NCBI GenBank assembly: GCA_963762565.1
Contig: CAVXLD010000013.1
Location: 1 to 64,000, forward strand
Direction: 5' to 3'
Source: an uncultured Verrucomicrobiae bacterium
Lineage (GTDB): Bacteria > Verrucomicrobiota > Verrucomicrobiia > Chthoniobacterales > JAFAMB01
Length of the DNA stretch: 64,000 bases
How positions within the stretch are numbered: the stretch's first letter is position 1; each line of letters starts with the position of its first letter. The notes beneath the pieces were generated by a model. It did not search any database, was not told the DNA's origin, and saw only the letters and a program-made list of their open reading frames with translations. Below are positions 51,687 through 60,347 of the stretch, piece after piece. The translations under genes and the position numbers were made by a program.

Positions 51687-51773
51687 AAACCGCATGCCGC
51701 CGGCAGTATCTTTATCCGGCCGCATATCGACTTGGTGGCAGAGCATGGACCAGAAGCGATTATCCCGCTATCT
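51687..51773 (+). pseudogene. Phage tail tape-measure C-terminal motif remnant
   Basis: Reads KPHAAGSIFIRPHIDLVAEHGPEAIIPLS with no in-frame start codon. Confidence 0.6.
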
Positions 51774-52127
51774 GGATCTACCGCGGCGGCGGGTTGGGCT
51801 CTTTTACGATTCACTCCAACCCGGGCATTAATATCGGTGCAGGTGCCATGAGGCGGATCCGCCATAGATATTGCTCGGGTATCGGGGTATAAATCTTCGC
51901 TTTCGCCTTGTGTTGTGAGGCAAACTGTTTGAGTCTGAAAGCCCTGCTTCGTCCGACTTCCTCCTCCGATGCTGGTAGGGTTAAAAACTGGAGCTTTCGG
52001 TCCGGGGTTTAGCTCGATGTAGATAGTCACCGCCCCGCCTGCGCCTCAGCGCTGGTGAGGAGTTTTAAGCCCGGGCTTAAAGGCCGGCTACTGCGAGTTA
52101 ACAAAATCGAACAGGAAACACCCTACT

Positions 52128-53735
52128 ATGAACTCGTTTCCCGTATCTCACAAAGAACTGCATCGCTTTTCTCCCTCGCAAAACCCGGCTGAGGAGGCCC
52201 CTTTGGCGGGCCCGAAAGAAGAAGGGGGTTTGCTGCCGCACCCTGGGAGCACCCGAACGAACCCTAGCCGCTTAGGACTGGCTCAAAGAGGTGGCCTCGT
52301 GAGAAGAGGTTGGCTGAGTGTCTTTTCAATGCTCGCGATCGGCGGTGTCTGGCTGGCGCCACCATTGCGCGCCCAGTTTGCCTACGTGGCAAACGAGGGC
52401 GGCAACACCGTCTCGGCCTACAGCATCGGTGCCGGCGGGACCCTGACGCCGGTCCCAGGGTCGCCCTTCGCAACGGGGACCAAGCCCCTCGCAGTGGCCG
52501 TGGATCCAAAGGGCAAGTTCGCCTACGTGGCAAACTATGACGACAACACCGTCTCGGCCTACAGCATCGGTGCCACCGGCGCCCTGACGCCGGTCAAAAA
52601 TTCGCCCTTCACAGCGGGGACCCACCCCATCTCAGCGGCCGTGGATCCAAAGGGCAAGTTTGCCTACGTGGCAAACATTACCAACGACACCGTCTCGGCC
52701 TACAGCATCGGTGCTGACGGAGCCCTGACGCCGGTCCCGGGTTCGCCCTTTGGAGCGGGGGGCTCCCCCAACTCAGTGGTCGTGGATCCAACGGGTAAGT
52801 TCGCCTACGTGGCAAACGAGGGCGACAACACCGTTTCGGCCTACAACATCGGTGCCACCGGCGCCCTGACGCAGCTCTCAGGGTCGCCCTTCGCAGCGGG
52901 GAGCGGGCCCTACTCAGTTACCGTGGATCCAAAGGGTAAACTCGCCTACGTGGCAAACATCGGCGGCAACGTCTCGGCCTACAAAATCGGTGCTGACGGC
53001 GCCCTGACCCAGGTTACAGGTTCGCCCTTTGGAGCGGGGAACTTGCCCAAATCAGTGGCCGTGGATCCAACTGGCAAGTTCGCCTACGTGGCAAACTATG
53101 GCGGCGTCAACGTCTCGGCCTACAGCATCGGTGCTGACGGCGCCCTGACCCCGGTCCCGGGTTCGCCCTTTGGAGCGGGGAACTTGCCCAACTCGGTGGC
53201 CGTGGATCCAACTGGCAAGTTCGCCTACGTGGCAAACTATGACGACAACACCGTCTCGGCCTACAGCGTCGGTGCCAACGGAGCCTTGACGCAGCTCTCA
53301 GGGTCGCCCTTCGCAGCGGGCAGCGGGCCCTACTCAGTGGCTATTACGCCACTGGTGCCCTTCGCCTCGTCCTTGGCCAAGCTCGAAATCGAGTCAGAAC
53401 TTTCAACCTTCCATCTATCGGATTCCTTCACTCTGGGAGCGAATAGCAACGGAATTACTCCCACCACCCAAAAGCTGACCCTGCATATCGGCACCTACTC
53501 GGTAACGATTCCGTCTGGCTCATTCACAAAGACACCGACTGGAACCTTTATCTGCAAGAGGACCATCAACGGCGTAACCTTGAACCTAAAGATTGTGCCA
53601 CTTAGCGCCAACATGTTTACTTTCAATGTAAACGGTTCGGGTATTAATTTAGGCGGCCTTACCGACCCGGTCACCGTGGTTTTAACTATCGGGATTGATA
53701 GCGGCACTACCAAAGTGGCGCATTACACGCAATAA
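52128..53735 (+). CDS. Secreted 7-bladed beta-propeller (lactonase/YVTN-like) protein with C-terminal beta domain
   Basis: Seven 46-47 aa FAYVAN..GSPF..VDP.GK repeats; hydrophobic segment ending LRA-Q; start may lie downstream. Confidence 0.9.
   Translation: MNSFPVSHKELHRFSPSQNPAEEAPLAGPKEEGGLLPHPGSTRTNPSRLGLAQRGGLVRRGWLSVFSMLAIGGVWLAPPLRAQFAYVANEGGNTVSAYSIGAGGTLTPVPGSPFATGTKPLAVAVDPKGKFAYVANYDDNTVSAYSIGATGALTPVKNSPFTAGTHPISAAVDPKGKFAYVANITNDTVSAYSIGADGALTPVPGSPFGAGGSPNSVVVDPTGKFAYVANEGDNTVSAYNIGATGALTQLSGSPFAAGSGPYSVTVDPKGKLAYVANIGGNVSAYKIGADGALTQVTGSPFGAGNLPKSVAVDPTGKFAYVANYGGVNVSAYSIGADGALTPVPGSPFGAGNLPNSVAVDPTGKFAYVANYDDNTVSAYSVGANGALTQLSGSPFAAGSGPYSVAITPLVPFASSLAKLEIESELSTFHLSDSFTLGANSNGITPTTQKLTLHIGTYSVTIPSGSFTKTPTGTFICKRTINGVTLNLKIVPLSANMFTFNVNGSGINLGGLTDPVTVVLTIGIDSGTTKVAHYTQ
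52377..53350 (+). repeat. Intragenic 141-bp tandem repeat, seven units
   Basis: Units start at 52377, 52518, 52659, 52800, 52941, 53079 and 53220. Confidence 0.95.
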
Positions 53736-53770
53736 TTGGGCATACGATTTGGTTGAGCGTCAAGCCGCGC

Positions 53771-54340
53771 TCACTTCACGACTTCGGGAACTTCCTTACC
53801 TTGATCAACGAAGATCAACGCGGCTGAATTCATGCAATAGCGTAACCCGGTCGGGGCTGGGCCATCGTCGAAAACGTGCCCGAGATGTGCGTCACAGCGC
53901 GCACACAGGATCTCGGTACGCTGCATCCCGAAACTGTCATCCTCCTTGGTCAGAACATTTTCTTTTGCAATCGGCTGGAAAAAGCTCGGCCATCCCGTTC
54001 CTGAATTAAACTTGGCTGAAGATGAAAAAAGCGGCAATTGGCAGCAAATGCAATGATAGATGCCTTCGCGGTGATTATCGAGGAGTGTGCCACAAAAGGC
54101 CGCTTCAGTGCCTTTGCCCCGCGCAATCGCATATTCCTCCGGAGTCAATTGCTGCCGCCATTCCGCATCGGTCTTGATGACTTTCGGAACGGAAACTGGC
54201 CCTCTGAGAGCGCCATCAGGTCCGATGAGACGGACCGTGACCATTTTGTTCGAGGCAGAATTTTCTGCTCTGACCGTCGGCAAAAGGCACGCGCCGGCGA
54301 AACCACCCAAAGCGAGACAGAATGATCTTCGAGATTTCAT
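53771..54340 (-). CDS. msrB: Peptide-methionine (R)-S-oxide reductase with Tat-like leader
   Basis: [41 protein letters not shown] leader. Confidence 0.95.
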   Translation of the reverse strand: MKSRRSFCLALGGFAGACLLPTVRAENSASNKMVTVRLIGPDGALRGPVSVPKVIKTDAEWRQQLTPEEYAIARGKGTEAAFCGTLLDNHREGIYHCICCQLPLFSSSAKFNSGTGWPSFFQPIAKENVLTKEDDSFGMQRTEILCARCDAHLGHVFDDGPAPTGLRYCMNSAALIFVDQGKEVPEVVK

Positions 54341-54524
54341 AGTCCAAAAAGTCGGAGGCAGCTTACTACTTACCCTCGCGTGTGATCTTCCGCGCCTGAA
54401 TTTTATTCCCGAGATGGCGTACAAATGGCCCTTCGTGGCACAGTACTCCAACACTCCAACCCGCAACGCTTCGCGTAGCGATGCGGGCGCGGCCATCACT
54501 CCGCGTGGTTGATGCATTCGCGGT

Positions 54525-55466
54525 TCACTTTAAGTACAAGGTGCGCCCGCCGATATCGAGGATTGCCTGGTGATCCCAAAGAAGGTCTTCTCCAATAATT
54601 CCCCCAAAAGGATGACTGAAGCCAAGATGGGAGACAGTGAGATTAGCGCCAGCGAGATCAGCGAATTGTGCGAATTTCCTACTAACATCCAGAGTTCCCA
54701 GTTTGAAATTTCGCAGGTCTCCAGTCGCCACCAGGCGCTGTTTATCGACCAATCCAAAATAGAGCATACCGCTAAGCCGGACCGGAATCTGATTTGCCTG
54801 CCCGACCTTCCAGTCGAACACCGATCGGCGCGAGCCGGTATCGAGCAGGAAACTGTAAAGTTGCGAGCCGATTAACCCGGACACCTCGATCCGTCCCGTG
54901 GTGGTAACTTGGATAGGCACCGTAGTAAAGCCTTCGACTGGGGTCGCTCCGGACAATCCGTTGCCAGCGGTGAGGAACAGGCGTTGGGCCGAAAAGTTGA
55001 ACCGTGCCCGATGTTGCACAAGGAAATTGAGTCCCAGGAGACCGCCGGTTTGAAACGGCTGCGCGAAACCAACTCGCGAGTTACGATTGGCATCGAGAGC
55101 GCCGAGCGAAGGATATTCGATGAAATCAAAAGGCCCCACGGATTGGCTGGCAATATTTATTCCGACGCTCCTGAGAACCGAGTGGGTTTTTCTGCCCATC
55201 GTGGCGCTTTGCTCTTTAATACCCGGATTAGAATGAGTGAGTTGTTTAGCTTGTTCCGCGTTGACCAGGGACAAAGGAGAACCCGTATCGACCAGCCACC
55301 AACTCGGTTGTGCCTGACCTTGCAGCGCTGCTTGGACGTAAAGACGGCCATGCAAGACCGTTAACGGACATTGGACCGTACCTGGTAAGCCCGCGCCCTC
55401 AGCGAGCCTCCAAGAAAACAATTCCAGGGCGAGAATTGTGCTGACGAGAATCGAGGCAGCTTTCAT
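54525..55466 (-). CDS. Secreted two-domain retropepsin-like aspartyl protease
   Basis: [14 protein letters not shown] and [14 protein letters not shown]. Confidence 0.82.
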   Translation of the reverse strand: MKAASILVSTILALELFSWRLAEGAGLPGTVQCPLTVLHGRLYVQAALQGQAQPSWWLVDTGSPLSLVNAEQAKQLTHSNPGIKEQSATMGRKTHSVLRSVGINIASQSVGPFDFIEYPSLGALDANRNSRVGFAQPFQTGGLLGLNFLVQHRARFNFSAQRLFLTAGNGLSGATPVEGFTTVPIQVTTTGRIEVSGLIGSQLYSFLLDTGSRRSVFDWKVGQANQIPVRLSGMLYFGLVDKQRLVATGDLRNFKLGTLDVSRKFAQFADLAGANLTVSHLGFSHPFGGIIGEDLLWDHQAILDIGGRTLYLK

Positions 55467-55494
55467 ACCGCAGAGTGGTGAAAGTGAATACCTG

Positions 55495-55905
55495 CTATCT
55501 CAGTCCTGCCCATCCCGGTCCACCCCATCCGTTCCACGTGCCCCAATCCGATTCTTCGCCGAACCCGGCGGCTTCAAGACTTTCGTTTCTAAATTGAATC
55601 GCTGTACGAATCTGCTTGTAAGCTTGATACTGAGTTGGACCACCTACATAGGCCCGATTGTTAGCTACGTCCGGGAAAACGTAGTAGGTCTTCCCGTCTT
55701 TCTGGACCAACGTCAATCTATCAGATGGAAGTGCTCTAAGTCTTTGTTGCTGCGCGGCAGTACGGGGGACGATCACTTTGAAGCCTGCGGCGATTAGAAA
55801 CTTCTCTTTGTTCTGCGTCTCCCTCTGCGTCAGGGTGCAGCTAACTGCCAGTACCAAAAGCGCGATGGCGCCGATGAGATTGAATCCGGTGAATATAGGT
55901 TTCAT
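55495..55905 (-). CDS. Hypothetical lipoprotein
   Basis: Hydrophobic leader with AVSC lipobox; W/G-rich tail. Confidence 0.75.
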   Translation of the reverse strand: MKPIFTGFNLIGAIALLVLAVSCTLTQRETQNKEKFLIAAGFKVIVPRTAAQQQRLRALPSDRLTLVQKDGKTYYVFPDVANNRAYVGGPTQYQAYKQIRTAIQFRNESLEAAGFGEESDWGTWNGWGGPGWAGLR

Positions 55906-56019
55906 GCTTTCCCCTGTCGGATATTCGAGGAAATCTTTGAAAATGCCAGTGGAACGCTACGGCCAACGCCAGTATCGTCGAACGAACCGAAAATATCCCG
56001 AGTATAGGGGTTCAGCACA

Positions 56020-56307
56020 ATGGCCGACTATCTTTACATGGTTGATCTCAGCGCAAGCGAAGAAACTGCGAGTAATCCTAAGTATGTAGACCGGCTTCTG
56101 GTCCAGTTAATGTGTGACGAGCACAAAAAGAGTAGCTCACCCGAAACCGATCGCGAAGCTTCAGCCTGCGAACTAGCGCTTAGCCGGTATGACCCGGAAA
56201 CTACACTCATCCAATACAGGCGGGCAAAGCGCTACGACGGTACTTTGCCGTCCGCCCTTGGGCACCCATATATCGAGCCTTGCGGGTGCAAAGTTTGGCG
56301 ATTGTGA
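56020..56307 (+). CDS. Hypothetical protein
   Basis: ATG-initiated 95-aa ORF; no recognised motif. Confidence 0.4.
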   Translation: MADYLYMVDLSASEETASNPKYVDRLLVQLMCDEHKKSSSPETDREASACELALSRYDPETTLIQYRRAKRYDGTLPSALGHPYIEPCGCKVWRL

Positions 56308-56974
56308 ATTAGACGCAGCGAGGCACGTTCGAAAATCTCGCCGCCTTGCCCCACGCGAAAGTCGTAGCTAAAAACGAAACCAATTTGACCGAGGTCGGAA
56401 GAGTAATTGCCGCGCGGCTTTGCTTTCAAAGACCAGTATTTTCCCGATAAGCGAACCTTTGTTTCGCGCATTAAAGGGCAGCGACCACTCGTAAGAAAAG
56501 GTCACTCTGGCAGATGGAGATTTCGTACGGCGGATTATCGAAACGAGGCAGTGCCTGATGTCTCAAAAAAGATCCGCTCAAGCCTCAAGGCGCGAAGAGT
56601 TGTCGGGAGAGAGAGGCGGGCATAAAACTGGGCCAGCCTAAAACCGCTCGGCTTCTCTCAGCAAAAACGCTAAGGACATGGCGTTAGCCCAGCGAGTGTG
56701 GGTTCGCTGGGCTCTTTGCTTCCGGCGGAGTCCATCAAAACTTCGATCATCGCCCTGTTCCTAATTTTATTTGCTAAAATACATCCGGGTCACAAACGGA
56801 TCGAGATTCACCGCTCGAGAACGGTTAGGGAATAGTTCCAGAAAAGATTCGACTTCCTTGGGAGCATCCCCCTGCAGCCAGAAAAAATTGAGGTTGGCGA
56901 TCTTCGCTGCCGGTTGAAGCTCGTTGCACGAACAACCCGCGCGCGAAGCTCAACCGGGCGCGGCGACCGAATTC

Positions 56975-57415
56975 TTACGGCGTAGCCGTCGGGTTGGGAG
57001 TGGTTGCCGGATTTACTTCGGGGCTCGGGCTGGGAGAAGGTCGGGTAGCCGGATTGACCTCCGGGCTTGAAGACGGTTCCGGTGTCGGGCTTTCTTTATT
57101 TACTGGTGATTCCTTTGCAGTAGGCGAGGTGTGGGTAGTCCTATGCCGCGGATGTGACGGAGTTGCTCCGGCATTTCGGATGGTGTTCCCGGCTTTTTGG
57201 ATACCCTTGCCGACGGTCCGTTCCGTTGCTTTTGCTCCTTTCACGATCACGCTTCCGGTGGCCTTCGCGTCGTGTTTAATGGTTTGACCTGTCTCTTCGG
57301 CGGTTTTTTTGGTCGTATTTGCCGCTTTTTCGGCCGGTCCTTGTTCTTCATCCGCTGTTACCAACGCAAACGGGACCAGTGCTGTGATCGCCAGAATCGC
57401 ACCAAGCTTCTTCAT
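56975..57415 (-). CDS. Secreted low-complexity protein with Pro/Ser/Thr-rich tail
   Basis: Signal peptide; K/T/A helical repeats; duplicated SPEVNPAT. Confidence 0.75.
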   Translation of the reverse strand: MKKLGAILAITALVPFALVTADEEQGPAEKAANTTKKTAEETGQTIKHDAKATGSVIVKGAKATERTVGKGIQKAGNTIRNAGATPSHPRHRTTHTSPTAKESPVNKESPTPEPSSSPEVNPATRPSPSPSPEVNPATTPNPTATP

Positions 57416-57650
57416 ATTCGAGTCCTTACGCTAAAGATTCGAAGAAGGATTCGAAGTTGGATGTGTTAGGGATTTCAAAGAGGCACAGATAAATGTTTCC
57501 ACTGCCTACCGCGAGAGCAACTTTGAATCAGCCATCATTCCGCCAGCCGTTACTCCGTGGAGCTTATCTGCCACGAATTCGTTTCAACAAGATTAAGGAC
57601 AAGGTGTGAGCGAAATACGAACGTGATTAAATAAGGCCCGCTTATCTCTT

Positions 57651-57944
57651 ATGAGTATGGATGTCAGCCCCGTGGCTATCGTCGAAGACTGTCAGTTGGA
57701 TGCTTTTGGCAAAGTCACTCGAGATATTCAAGTCACCCTCTACAACGTCGAAGCGCGAATGCTGGTTCCCGCAGACGCGTACTCGGAAGGAATGTATTTG
57801 ATAAGGATTATTGAACCCGAAGGGATGGGACACTTGATGCCGGAGCGTGGAACCCCCATGGAGAACGGAAAATTTTCTTTCACCTCGACGGAAGAGGTGC
57901 CGAAAGGCACCCAGCTAGAATTAGAGATCACTCCGGTGGGCTAA
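57651..57944 (+). CDS. Hypothetical protein
   Basis: 97-aa ORF with globular beta-like composition. Confidence 0.55.
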   Translation: MSMDVSPVAIVEDCQLDAFGKVTRDIQVTLYNVEARMLVPADAYSEGMYLIRIIEPEGMGHLMPERGTPMENGKFSFTSTEEVPKGTQLELEITPVG

Positions 57945-58044
57945 GTGCCGAACCCGCGCCCTCGAAGGTACGGAAAACGTTTACAGTAGTTTGACAATAT
58001 TTATTCTCGCATGCCGATTTCTGCTCAATCAGCCAGCTCCAAGA

Positions 58045-58380
58045 ATGTCTGACATTCCAATACCGAATCTTAGCAGTGGGGGGAACGCCGAAGGATTACT
58101 ACGCAGTCTTAGGTGGGCATACGAGGGTTTCCAAAAGGCTTTACCCAGCAATCGAAGGGCGGTAATTCGCGTTTCTTCTAACGGCCAAACCATTCGGGTG
58201 GACGGTGCTAAATGGATAAATCCTGCGACAATTATTTTTCTTCAACATCCGCAAAGCGAAGGCGAGGCACTCAAGGTTATGGTCCAGCACGTTTCCCAGC
58301 TAAACGTTTTCTTAGACTCTGAAGAGATCGTTAAAACTGAACAACCGAGACCGCCTATTGGTTTCGGGCCAGCAGAATAG
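58045..58380 (+). CDS. Hypothetical protein, DUF6173-like
   Basis: QHVSQLNVFL...RPPIGF C-terminal pattern (family motif recalled from memory). Confidence 0.55.
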   Translation: MSDIPIPNLSSGGNAEGLLRSLRWAYEGFQKALPSNRRAVIRVSSNGQTIRVDGAKWINPATIIFLQHPQSEGEALKVMVQHVSQLNVFLDSEEIVKTEQPRPPIGFGPAE

Positions 58381-58564
58381 GCTGGGGAGTTTGCGACCTT
58401 CCACCGAGCAGGATCAGCCCTAGCGAGCGCGGTAATCTTCTGAACAGGCCGCTCCTAAGTCGACGATTTACAGCACTATCCCAGGTCAGCCTTAATCTAA
58501 TACGTGTTTCCACGTATCGGCCTGCGGGCCCAACTGCTGAGCGTGGCGCCTTTCCCTCGCTAAT

Positions 58565-59962
58565 TCAGCCTGTTGTGGCGGCCATGGCCGTCGGCGTATT
58601 TGCTGGTTGAGACTCAACGGCGGGCTTAGGGTCTGCGACCGCGCCGATTAAAGACCCTTGTTTGAACCGATTGAGATAGTCCAGCAAATGTTCTTGGACA
58701 TGCGACTTAATCTGGAACGCGATGTCAGGATTCGGAGCACCCACGGTGATGCGAACAACCATGGAGGATTCACCTAACTCACTGATCATCACTTCCCATT
58801 TGCCGCCCTGCCAAAGCGGGTCCGCCTGGAGAATGGCATCGACCTGTCGACGGATGGAGGGAAGTGATGCGTCCAAGGCCAGGACTAGCGAGAACGAAGT
58901 CATTGATTCAGCCGATGTCCGCGTCCAATTGGTGAACGGCCTTTCCAGGAAATAGGTCACAGGCAAAATCAAGCGGCGGAGATCTCTTAAGCGAACGGAA
59001 ACAAAACTGAAAGTGATTTCCTCTATCGTACCGACAACATTCTCAACTTCCACGACGTCACCCAGCGCGATCGGCTGAGTGATTGCCAGTTGCAGACCGG
59101 CAAACACGTTCTGCAAGGTTCGCTGAGCCGCAATTCCGGCCACTAACCCGACGATTCCAGCCGAGGTTAGCAGGCTGGCGCCGAAGCTGCGGACTTGATC
59201 AAAAACCATGAAAGCCGCGCCGACAGTCGCTAAGATCACCAGCACATTTAATATTCGGTGCAAAACCGAATATTGGGTTTGAGCGGCTCGAATTTGGCGT
59301 TCTTCGCCATCATATTTTAGCTTCGCGCGATTTGCGATCTTTGCTTCGATCAAGCCCAAGATTCTTAAGGTGTTAATCCCGACCATGATGATAACGAGGA
59401 CCACGGTAAGGCGTTCAATGACCTCTTGAATATCACCGGGGAGCCCCAGCATTGGGATTACCAGAAAGACAAATAAGAGCGGTAACACCGCCTGCAGCGC
59501 CTGGGCGCCGGTCAGCAGCAGAATCGCGTGCGAGTGTTCGAGATCTTTCAGGGCCTCCTCTCGCAGTCTTCGGCTGTGGAGCCGGCCAAACGTAGTAACC
59601 AGATTGATCAAAATGCCGATCGCCAGCACAACCGGCAATCTCCACTCCCATCCCGGCCGGCTGAACCAATTCGCAAAAGTCGAGCGAAGCCCGAGGTCGT
59701 AAAGCAGAATGAGATAGATGCCGATGATCGCCGTAACCGGGATCAGACGCGAAACCGCTAATTGAATCGCTAGTCGCACCGCCACCCAGCCGCGAGGCGG
59801 CGCTTCATACTCTCCTTTGACCGCCAACTGAGTCGGACAATGGATATGACATTGAACCAGCGAGCGCGCCAGATAACGATGCGTCTGTCGTAAACCGAAC
59901 AGCACCAAAAAGAGAACCAGGAGATGACTGAGTGTGACCATCAAAATATGGCAAATGGACAA
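58565..59962 (-). CDS. MscS-family mechanosensitive channel
   Basis: GASLLTSAGIVGLVAGIAAQ..NVFAGLQ..QPI..GDVV, F.NWTR; start uncertain. Confidence 0.92.
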   Translation of the reverse strand: MSICHILMVTLSHLLVLFLVLFGLRQTHRYLARSLVQCHIHCPTQLAVKGEYEAPPRGWVAVRLAIQLAVSRLIPVTAIIGIYLILLYDLGLRSTFANWFSRPGWEWRLPVVLAIGILINLVTTFGRLHSRRLREEALKDLEHSHAILLLTGAQALQAVLPLLFVFLVIPMLGLPGDIQEVIERLTVVLVIIMVGINTLRILGLIEAKIANRAKLKYDGEERQIRAAQTQYSVLHRILNVLVILATVGAAFMVFDQVRSFGASLLTSAGIVGLVAGIAAQRTLQNVFAGLQLAITQPIALGDVVEVENVVGTIEEITFSFVSVRLRDLRRLILPVTYFLERPFTNWTRTSAESMTSFSLVLALDASLPSIRRQVDAILQADPLWQGGKWEVMISELGESSMVVRITVGAPNPDIAFQIKSHVQEHLLDYLNRFKQGSLIGAVADPKPAVESQPANTPTAMAATTG

Positions 59963-60347
59963 CCATTCCGCGCGGCTGCAAGCGGAAGCTTCGGATCTTC
60001 GGTGCGCTTCGAGTCTTGCGTATCGGCGTCCCGTAGGGACATATATTTTCCCTTTGAGAGCTAGGCAAACGGATAAATTCCTGAGCTAAAGGAAAAATGG
60101 GGTGATCGAGGTGTTTGCAGCAGCTGAACCTGAGGGTTCCTCAATGGCAACTTTCCGCTCAATGCTGCTCTGGAATTGCCATATTTTTTGAAATCCCCAT
60201 ATTCAAAAGCCATGGCAGCTCTTCTAAAACAATATAGCGGAAGTTCAAAGATCTGAACGAGCCTCCCGCGATAACCAAAGATAGTTCCCGCGTGCTCGTT
60301 TCGTACTTGAGCTAAGACGGGACGCTCCCCAGAGCGCGATAGCACAC

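Noticed and set aside
47198..52081. Shared CCCGGGCTTA motif upstream of two secreted-protein genes
   Set aside because: Only two short, differently arranged occurrences; could be chance.
51588..52120. Integrase or att site next to tRNA-Ala
   Set aside because: No recombinase-like ORF and no duplicated tRNA 3' end seen.
52377..53350. Complete diversity-generating retroelement
   Set aside because: No reverse transcriptase or non-coding template repeat in the window; kept only as a hypothesis.
56975..57110. Duplicated SPEVNPAT segment as a mobile repeat
   Set aside because: Ordinary low-complexity linker duplication; not found elsewhere in the window.
60060..60110. c-di-GMP-I riboswitch (GGCAAAC seen)
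   Set aside because: The expected GNRA hairpin and downstream GCAAAG elements are absent.
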